A DNA stretch of 64,000 bases from IMG/VR virus record IMGVR_UViG_3300042402_007133. One strand, given 5' to 3'. The notes under the pieces are model-generated. The model was given only the letters and a program-made list of their open reading frames with translations, was not told the origin of the DNA and did not search any database. How positions within the stretch are numbered: position 1 is the first letter of the stretch; each line of letters starts with the position of its first letter. The stretch comes from an uncultured virus (IMG/VR IMGVR_UViG_3300042402_007133) (Duplodnaviria; Heunggongvirae; Uroviricota; Caudoviricetes). Both the position numbers and the translations under genes were made by a program. Below, in pieces: positions 57,575 to 64,000 of the stretch.

Positions 57575-58381
57575 GTGATACACTACATCGTTGCAGTATT
57601 TACAGGAAAAAGACAAAATAAAGTAATAAATGCCCGTCTTTCTGATCCAGCATATCTTGTCAAGAAGCACCTGTTTGGGTTGGAAACGCTTAAACTTCCA
57701 GATGTTGTAAAGGCAACTTTTGTTGTTAGCCCTTCTGACAATGAAGCTAGAGACCAGGAAGTGGTAGAATATGTAAAGAACTATGATAATAAGACTAGCA
57801 TAGAGATCGATGCGTACATAAAAGAAGACAATCTTCTGTTCTCATATGGCTCGTGGAACGATGCAATGGAAAAGAACATAGAGAATGATGAACACTTCTT
57901 TTTGATAGAGGATGATTACTTTCCGTGCTCGGATAATTTCTATGAGCCATTTGTTAAGAAGATGGAAGAAACTGATTCTGCATATGTTTGTCAGCTATGG
58001 TCTGATAAGTTTCTTAGCAGGCCATGTGCTGCAATAAGCAATGGATTGATGAGCATAGATGCAGCAAGATTCCACCACAAAAAATTTCGAGAGTGTCTTA
58101 ATCTGAGAAAGCTAAAAAATCGTAAAGCCCTTAATCATCAGCAAGGCGTAACTGCTCAGATACACTTCCTAGACGGTTACCAAAAGCTTGCCTTTCCAAT
58201 AACAGACATAGCAGAAGAATACGGTCAGCCGTTTCTTTCTCCAGAGAATCGTGTGTTCATGTATGGAAACAGGGTGAAGGGAATAATGATAAAGTGCGAA
58301 AGCTTTGGAGAGGTAAAGACAGAGCCAGCAACTTATCTACGTTATAGTCAAATAAGAATCACAGGATCAGGAGACGAATGA
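57575..58381 (+). CDS. GT-A-like protein, paralog 1
   Basis: YIVA, SYGSWN, FFLIEDDY, AYVCQL, AISNGL. Confidence 0.6.
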   Translation: MIHYIVAVFTGKRQNKVINARLSDPAYLVKKHLFGLETLKLPDVVKATFVVSPSDNEARDQEVVEYVKNYDNKTSIEIDAYIKEDNLLFSYGSWNDAMEKNIENDEHFFLIEDDYFPCSDNFYEPFVKKMEETDSAYVCQLWSDKFLSRPCAAISNGLMSIDAARFHHKKFRECLNLRKLKNRKALNHQQGVTAQIHFLDGYQKLAFPITDIAEEYGQPFLSPENRVFMYGNRVKGIMIKCESFGEVKTEPATYLRYSQIRITGSGDE

Positions 58382-59142
58382 TAAACTATATTGTAGCATT
58401 ATACGTTGGCCAAAGAGGAAACGGGGCTGTTAGCTCTCTGACAAAGGACCCAACATACATGGCAAAACGCCATCTTGATCTGTTATCATCCTTAAGCGTC
58501 CCTCTGATTAAAAAGGCAACTTTTGTAATATCTCCATCCTCTTCACATGAAGAAGACTTGCGAGCACTTGAGTTTATTCGAGAAAACAAAGTTAGTCTTA
58601 ATGAAATTGAAGTAGATGCATTCATAGGACAGAATAATCACAACCATTCCTATGGATCTTGGAACTTTGCCATGAATAAACACATCAACGATGGGATGGA
58701 CTTCTTTTTGATGGAGGACGACTATTTCCCATCAAGGGATGAGTTTTACATGCCATTCATTGAAAAAATGAATGATAGGATAGCATACGTCTCACAGCTT
58801 TACACGCACACTAGGGAACAGAGAAAGCATGCAGCAATAAGCAACGGTCTTATGAACTATGTTGCAGCAAAGAAGCACCATGAAGAATTTGGAAACTCTA
58901 TATCAATAGAAATTCCTAATAAAAAGCCATATGATGTGGGTGTTTACACCCAACTAAATTTTCTAAAGGGCTATGAAGGTATAGGGTACCGTATGGATGA
59001 TGTTTCAGAAAAGTATTGTCATCCATTTTTACAGAGAAGCAACAAAATAACAATATACGGAAATGTAAAGGGTGAAACTCTGATAGAACCAGTCTTCTAT
59101 GAGGATAGGATAAGAAGCACCTATAAAGTTTTATCAATGTAA
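58378..59142 (+). CDS. GT-A-like protein, paralog 2
   Basis: YIVA, SYGSWN, FFLMEDDY, AYVSQL, AISNGL. Confidence 0.6.
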   Translation: MINYIVALYVGQRGNGAVSSLTKDPTYMAKRHLDLLSSLSVPLIKKATFVISPSSSHEEDLRALEFIRENKVSLNEIEVDAFIGQNNHNHSYGSWNFAMNKHINDGMDFFLMEDDYFPSRDEFYMPFIEKMNDRIAYVSQLYTHTREQRKHAAISNGLMNYVAAKKHHEEFGNSISIEIPNKKPYDVGVYTQLNFLKGYEGIGYRMDDVSEKYCHPFLQRSNKITIYGNVKGETLIEPVFYEDRIRSTYKVLSM

Positions 59143-59158
59143 CCGTCAACTTTAAGAT

Positions 59159-59869
59159 ATGAAATTCTTGATACTACTATTTTACTATGAGAGGCCTGAA
59201 CTTCTTAAAAATGCACTCTCAACTGTAAAGTCCTCAACATATAAGAATTGGGATCTATGTGTGATAGATGATGGAACAAAATTTCCAGCATTCAATGTCA
59301 TAAATGAATGTTTCTCATCAGATGAACGAATGTCACACAAGATAACATACATTCAAACTTTTGATAGTGAGGAAAGGAAGAAGACCAGAGGAGGAAGCCA
59401 GTTTGGAGAGTATGCAAACTCAGCAATAAAGACAAGCGATGCAGACATCGTGTTAATGCTTTGTGATGACGATCTGCTAAAACCAGATTACATGGAACTG
59501 CTGAATGAATTCTACATCAACAACCCAGATGTTAAGTATTCGTATGCACACCTGGACTTCTATGATCCTACAATAGGTCTTCCTAGTGAAAGCAATATGG
59601 TTAGCGATGGATACACAAAGTATCTTGTGAGAAACACACACCCAATAAATCCTGTAAGAAGGCTTGACTCATCACAGGTTAGCTGGAGAAGAAGGAACTG
59701 TTTGGATGATGGGATACTTTTTCCGTGTCCAAGGACATCTAACCTAGATGAAGTGATCTATGGACACATGTATGTTGCATGGGGAGAATGTGTATTCAAC
59801 GGAATAAATGGTCAATGGAAGGGAATACATGAAGGCCAACTAATAAACCTTGCAAGAAAAGATAGGTAA
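59159..59869 (+). CDS. Glycosyltransferase family 2
   Basis: YERP, WDLCVIDDGT, LCDDD. Confidence 0.82.
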   Translation: MKFLILLFYYERPELLKNALSTVKSSTYKNWDLCVIDDGTKFPAFNVINECFSSDERMSHKITYIQTFDSEERKKTRGGSQFGEYANSAIKTSDADIVLMLCDDDLLKPDYMELLNEFYINNPDVKYSYAHLDFYDPTIGLPSESNMVSDGYTKYLVRNTHPINPVRRLDSSQVSWRRRNCLDDGILFPCPRTSNLDEVIYGHMYVAWGECVFNGINGQWKGIHEGQLINLARKDR

Positions 59870-59876
59870 AATAATA

Positions 59877-60698
59877 ATGGTAAATTACATAGTTGCTCTA
59901 TACCTTGGAAAGAGAAGGAATGGCATGGTCCAGGATTGCATGGACAAGGATCCGTTCTATCTCCTGAAGTCACACATGCTTGCGATACACAAGTATAAAA
60001 TGGATGGAATCCATAAGGTGACATTTGTCCTTAACCCGTCAGAAAATAAAGAGGCAGAGGATGCACTAGATTCTGTTTTTCAGGAATACAAGTCACTCTG
60101 TTCAAAGAAGGAAATAGAAATTGAGCTCATTAAAAACCCAGATAACAAGCACATATCATACGGTGCATGGAACTATGGTGTGATGAATGGGCTATCAGAC
60201 GAGAGGACAAAACACTTCTTCTTGTTGGAGGATGACTATGTCCCCTGTTCGGACAACTTCCATCTACCCTATATTGATAGAACGGGCCCGGACATAGCAT
60301 ATGTTTGCCAGCTTTGGACTCCATCATCTCCACAGCCAAAGTCCATACATTCTGGCCGTGTTGCAATAACCAATGGGCTTTTGAATGCAGACATATCAAA
60401 AAAGGTGTTTGAGAAGTATGGAAGATGTTTCATGTTGGATGTAACAGGAGACTATGGGCATCTATCAAAATCAAAGACATTGGACGATGTATCAAAGAAG
60501 TACATCCTTTCTGGTCCTGCACAGAAGTTTTTTGTTAGACTATACCAAGATGAAAACTACAGGATCGTAGATCTTGGTCCTGGGTGGCAACAGCTGTTCT
60601 TAAATTCTAGAACTATAAAAACATATGGAGAAGGAAACCCTGCAACTCTTTATCCAATAAATGAATATGTTCCAATAACACCGGAGTCATTTTTATGA
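59877..60698 (+). CDS. GT-A-like protein, paralog 3
   Basis: Start set at ATG 59877 (MVNYIVA); SYGAWN, FFLLEDDY, AYVCQL, AITNGL. Confidence 0.6.
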   Translation: MVNYIVALYLGKRRNGMVQDCMDKDPFYLLKSHMLAIHKYKMDGIHKVTFVLNPSENKEAEDALDSVFQEYKSLCSKKEIEIELIKNPDNKHISYGAWNYGVMNGLSDERTKHFFLLEDDYVPCSDNFHLPYIDRTGPDIAYVCQLWTPSSPQPKSIHSGRVAITNGLLNADISKKVFEKYGRCFMLDVTGDYGHLSKSKTLDDVSKKYILSGPAQKFFVRLYQDENYRIVDLGPGWQQLFLNSRTIKTYGEGNPATLYPINEYVPITPESFL

Positions 60699-61354
60699 TG
60701 AACATAAAGCTAAGACTGATTGATTACACAGATATCTCAACCATAAACAGGATACGAAATCAATCAGCGTCATACTTACATGATGATAGAACGTTCACCG
60801 AAGAGGAGACTCATGAATGGTGGCTACGATATGACCTAGATTGGTATGCAATAGTTCTAGATGGAGAAATGATAGGATACTTCAGAATATCAAACTACTC
60901 CAAGGAAAACCGAAACCTCTACATAGGAGCAGACCTAGCTGAGGAGCATAGAGGAAAGGGGATTGGGTATGCTGCATATCTGATGATGATGGAGATGTTG
61001 TTCAACCAAAGAAAGCTTAACAAGATAACGCTTGAAGTCCTAAGCACAAATGAAAGGGCATATGGCCTCTACAGAAAGCTTGGATTCTCCGTTGAAGGGA
61101 CAAAAAGACAGGAGGTATGGAGGGATGGAAGATGGGCAGATTCAATTGTGATGTCAATCACAAGGAAAGAATTCATGTCGCTGAACCCACAATCTGTTGC
61201 ATCTCCTTGCATAGGGATATGTCAAAGAGACGGAGACATATGCCTTAGCTGTGGAAGAACCATGGATCAGATAAGATCATGGAAGGATTTAAGCCCTGGG
61301 CAGAGGGCAGATGCAATAAATGAAATGATACAAATCAATGTAACAAAGCCATAA
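60695..61354 (+). CDS. GNAT N-acetyltransferase fused to a DUF1289-like Cys-rich domain
   Basis: HRGKGIG, NERAYGLYRKLGF; C-terminal SPCIGIC...CLSCGRTMDQIRSW. Confidence 0.8.
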   Translation: MMNIKLRLIDYTDISTINRIRNQSASYLHDDRTFTEEETHEWWLRYDLDWYAIVLDGEMIGYFRISNYSKENRNLYIGADLAEEHRGKGIGYAAYLMMMEMLFNQRKLNKITLEVLSTNERAYGLYRKLGFSVEGTKRQEVWRDGRWADSIVMSITRKEFMSLNPQSVASPCIGICQRDGDICLSCGRTMDQIRSWKDLSPGQRADAINEMIQINVTKP

Positions 61355-61396
61355 CTGTTGGCATATAACAAGAACAATAACCAAAAGGAAATACTG

Positions 61397-61660
61397 ATGA
61401 TTTTGGACATTAACCAAAACAATCCCGCTGAACAGGCGCCCCAGATGTCAAGGGAACAAATGATGAATGCAATTAGAGATGCATTTGCAACCCATGCAAC
61501 AGATCTTGCATGTGAAAAATGCAGCAATGATACATTCAATGAAGTGGTCAAGATAAAGAGGTTGAGCGCAATTGCATCTCCAACTGGAGAAGAGATGGTC
61601 CTTCCATTTAAGGTTTTCATCTGTTCAAAGTGCTCAGAGCCTATACCAGATATGAAATAA
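61397..61660 (+). CDS. Zinc-ribbon protein
   Basis: CEKC...CSKC; AAGGA upstream of ATG 61397. Confidence 0.65.
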   Translation: MILDINQNNPAEQAPQMSREQMMNAIRDAFATHATDLACEKCSNDTFNEVVKIKRLSAIASPTGEEMVLPFKVFICSKCSEPIPDMK

Positions 61661-61676
61661 ATTTTTTCTAGTTCTA

Positions 61677-61725
61677 GGGACCGTTTAATTTTGTGCCATT
61701 GCAAGAAATTGACGGTCCCATTTTT
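61677..61725 (+). terminator. Hairpin / probable terminator
   Basis: GGGACCGT...ACGGTCCC followed by ATTTTT. Confidence 0.6.
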
Positions 61726-61771
61726 ATTTCAGAATCAATAACAAAGCTAGACCTAAGGTGATATATAGAAC

Positions 61772-62152
61772 ATGTTAAATTCAGATAAAAATTTTGAAGC
61801 CATGAACATTACTTTGACGATAGCAAGAGTTGCATTTGTAACAGCTGCAGCATTCATCAACCCATGGCTGGTTATTCCTGCTTTCATAATAGCAGAATTG
61901 GTATCGACAAAATTCCAAAACAAGCCAGCGGTTGAGCAACCAAAGGCAGACACAATATTGAACGCAACAGAAGCTTCAGCAGAAGCAATTCAACCATTAA
62001 CACAAGAGCTGGTCATTGAGAAGGTTGAAGAAGTAAAGGCCGAAGAAGAGCCTAAAAAGAAGAGCAGGAAGAAAAGATCATCTAAGCTCTCTGATAACAG
62101 CAGCAACCAGCAGGTAAAGACGTCAAAGCCAAAGGGTAGGCGCAGCAACTAA
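61772..62152 (+). CDS. Membrane protein with basic disordered tail
   Basis: Hydrophobic hairpin; KKKSRKKR; GATATATAG at 61760-61768. Confidence 0.6.
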   Translation: MLNSDKNFEAMNITLTIARVAFVTAAAFINPWLVIPAFIIAELVSTKFQNKPAVEQPKADTILNATEASAEAIQPLTQELVIEKVEEVKAEEEPKKKSRKKRSSKLSDNSSNQQVKTSKPKGRRSN

Positions 62153-62240
62153 AATTAAATAACCAAGTCGTTTAATCGTCGAGCGACCGGAATCTGGAAT
62201 CTTCGGATTCCTTAGTATCACAAAATATTAAGGAGGAACT

Positions 62241-62723
62241 ATGAATTTTCAAAGATACGGCCTAGCTTTAGCTACGCTTTTTCTTGTTTTGATAACAAAC
62301 ATATACGCATTTGACATAGATGTTGAAAGCGTAATGAATACTGCTTTTATGGATTCAATAATACATGTTGAAAGCAGTGGGCGTGATAATGCTGTATCCC
62401 GAGATGGATCTGCTGGACCTTTGCAGATCAAAGCAGTATTGGTCAAAGATGTCAATAGAATACTTGCGCACAGAGGAGATACTCTGAGGTTCAGGATGAA
62501 AGACAGGTTTGACAGGGATAAAGCCATACAGATGTTCTGGATATACCAGAGCTTCTATGGAAAGCAAGGCGACAGCTTTGAGACCATGGCAAGAAGGTGG
62601 AACGGAGGCCCAAATGGACCATCCAAAAAGGCCACAAGAAAGTACTGGAAGAAGGTAAACAAGCAATTGATGCTAAGGGTCAGCAATGACATGGCAACAT
62701 CCCAATCAAGGACAAACCTATAA
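62241..62723 (+). CDS. Lysozyme-like / lytic transglycosylase with signal peptide
   Basis: IIHVESSG, GPLQI, ARRWNGGP, YWKKV; AAGGAGG RBS. Confidence 0.8.
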   Translation: MNFQRYGLALATLFLVLITNIYAFDIDVESVMNTAFMDSIIHVESSGRDNAVSRDGSAGPLQIKAVLVKDVNRILAHRGDTLRFRMKDRFDRDKAIQMFWIYQSFYGKQGDSFETMARRWNGGPNGPSKKATRKYWKKVNKQLMLRVSNDMATSQSRTNL

Positions 62724-63301
62724 TGTTGAAGAGCAGGCTTGCAATAGAAGGGCTTGAAATAATCAAGCCAACAAACCACAGCGATGAACGTGGATTCTTT
62801 TCTGAGATATGGAAGGATGAATCAGGTTTTCCAGAATTCAAGCAGATGAATATGTCTGTAAGCAAGCTCTGTACATTCAGAGGGCTTCACTATCAATGGG
62901 ATAGGCCACAGGGAAAGATGATACGTGTGGTAAAAGGAAGCGCAATATTCTTTGAACTAGATGTCAGAAGTTACAGTCCAACCTTTGGTGAGCATGAGGT
63001 AATTCCATTGAATGGAAAGACGAATGAATGGCTGTGGGTTCCTGCTGGGTTTGCAAATGGTTTCTTCACTCTTGAAGAAGACACACACGTAATGTACATG
63101 TGCACAGAAAAGTGGAGCAAGTGCGAAGGGTCAATAAATCACAACATCCTTGGATACGATTTTAATATGCTTGGAAGCATAAGAAACATATCAGAGAAGG
63201 ATTCCAATGCACCATCGTTTGATGAATCAATAGCACACTTGGAATCAATATCAGATTTTTTCCGCAATGACAGTAAAGGCGTTATAGAGATCAACGCCTG
63301 A
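62723..63301 (+). CDS. rmlC: dTDP-4-dehydrorhamnose 3,5-epimerase
   Basis: DERGFFSE, RGLHYQ, QGK, DVRSYSPTFG, WVPAGFANGF, SEKD. Confidence 0.88.
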   Translation: MLKSRLAIEGLEIIKPTNHSDERGFFSEIWKDESGFPEFKQMNMSVSKLCTFRGLHYQWDRPQGKMIRVVKGSAIFFELDVRSYSPTFGEHEVIPLNGKTNEWLWVPAGFANGFFTLEEDTHVMYMCTEKWSKCEGSINHNILGYDFNMLGSIRNISEKDSNAPSFDESIAHLESISDFFRNDSKGVIEINA

Positions 63302-63745
63302 GACGAATATCTTGTTGAAACTCTTCGTTGATTTTAGATAATCCCTTAGGATGTTTGGAGTAAACATATGTACATGTTTACGATTGTTCCATGGCCTCCA
63401 GTATTCCTGTGAATAGTCAGGAAGATACAAGAACAGAATGCCACCCGGCTTTAATTTATCTGTCCAATATTCCAGTGCCCCTACCCAGTCTGGTATGTGT
63501 TCAAGGCAATGAGAAGAGAACACATAATCCATGTTGGTATATGGAAAGTCTGTTGCGTGGTATTGGTTTATCTCGGGATCTACTGGATAAGATCCAGGAA
63601 ACTTCCATTCCATTCTGTTGCAGCCAACATCAACACCATCACCTTTGCAAACCTCTAGAGCAAATGGCATAACAAACCTTGCCGCAAAGCCATTCGTTTG
63701 GAATGCAGGATATTCGGCTTCATTGAACTTAACAGTTTCTAACAT
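63251..63745 (-). CDS. Class I SAM-dependent methyltransferase
   Basis: GVDVGC, DYVFSSHCLEH, LKPGGILFLYLP. Confidence 0.88.
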   Translation of the reverse strand: MLETVKFNEAEYPAFQTNGFAARFVMPFALEVCKGDGVDVGCNRMEWKFPGSYPVDPEINQYHATDFPYTNMDYVFSSHCLEHIPDWVGALEYWTDKLKPGGILFLYLPDYSQEYWRPWNNRKHVHMFTPNILRDYLKSTKSFNKIFVSGVDLYNAFTVIAEKI

Positions 63746-63778
63746 AACATCGTAGTTTGATCCTTATATAAGGAGGAT

Positions 63779-64000
63779 ATGGTAAATGTTTACACAGTTC
63801 TTAACGTATCCTTCAACCACACGAAGGAATACGTCTATCGGCTAAAGAGGTCGTTAGAAAAGAACTCCACTGTTTCCTTCAATTTCTTCTGTTTAACCAA
63901 TGAACAGCTTCCAGGAATAAACACGATCCCGGTTAGTGAGGAAGGAAAATGGGCAAAGATAGAACTGTGCAAGTCATCCATAAAGGGAAGAATCCATTAC
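63779..64000 (+). CDS. Putative glycosyltransferase, truncated by window end
   Basis: Not in ORF track; AGGAGG RBS; MVNVYTVL...EYVYRLKRSLEKN...FFCLTN...KWAKIEL. Confidence 0.55.
   Translation, partial: MVNVYTVLNVSFNHTKEYVYRLKRSLEKNSTVSFNFFCLTNEQLPGINTIPVSEEGKWAKIELCKSSIKGRIHY

Noticed and set aside
62166..62212. Two short hairpins upstream of the lysozyme-like gene as a riboswitch
   Set aside because: Short imperfect stems with no recognisable aptamer; insufficient evidence
1..64000. Stop-codon reassignment as in some jumbo phages
   Set aside because: Conserved genes are full length in code 11, and TAA, TGA and TAG (50156, 54009) all end genes; no suppressor tRNA seen
1..64000. CRISPR array, DGR, retron, integrase or transposase
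   Set aside because: No repeat-spacer array, reverse transcriptase or recombinase motifs recognised by eye
49395..64000. Right arm as bacterial chromosome (prophage border or chimera)
   Set aside because: The phage TATATA motif and tag-bearing genes continue (51477, 54009, 61760), and gene packing is unchanged

Overview
Gene-dense 64-kb segment of a large T4-like (contractile-tailed, jumbo-type) bacteriophage, standard genetic code. Bacteroidota/FCB-type genes (T9SS-type C-terminal domain proteins, a DUF4494-like protein, TAnnTTTG promoter elements) suggest an FCB-group host; this is inference. The window holds tail tube, sheath, terminase and neck genes; a holin plus four peptidoglycan hydrolases; replication and nucleotide genes (clamp loader, DinG-like helicase, RNase H-like nuclease, the N-terminal half of a split family-B polymerase, class II RNR, ThyX, dUTPase, PhoH); ribosomal protein bS21; three tRNAs; and a sugar-modification/glycosyltransferase cluster. 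Most notable: (1) a compact PAS-PAS histidine kinase / stand-alone receiver / coiled-coil membrane protein operon behind a probable late promoter; (2) at least eight unrelated proteins sharing a T4 capsid-targeting-like N-terminal peptide, most behind a recurrent GATATATAG motif; (3) a bS21 gene with a 12-nt Shine-Dalgarno; (4) several host-style secreted/T9SS cargo proteins; (5) a perfect 16-bp inverted repeat bracketing an ORF next to tRNA-Leu, and a five-hairpin intergenic RNA candidate. All family calls come from motif recognition by eye; no database search was run.
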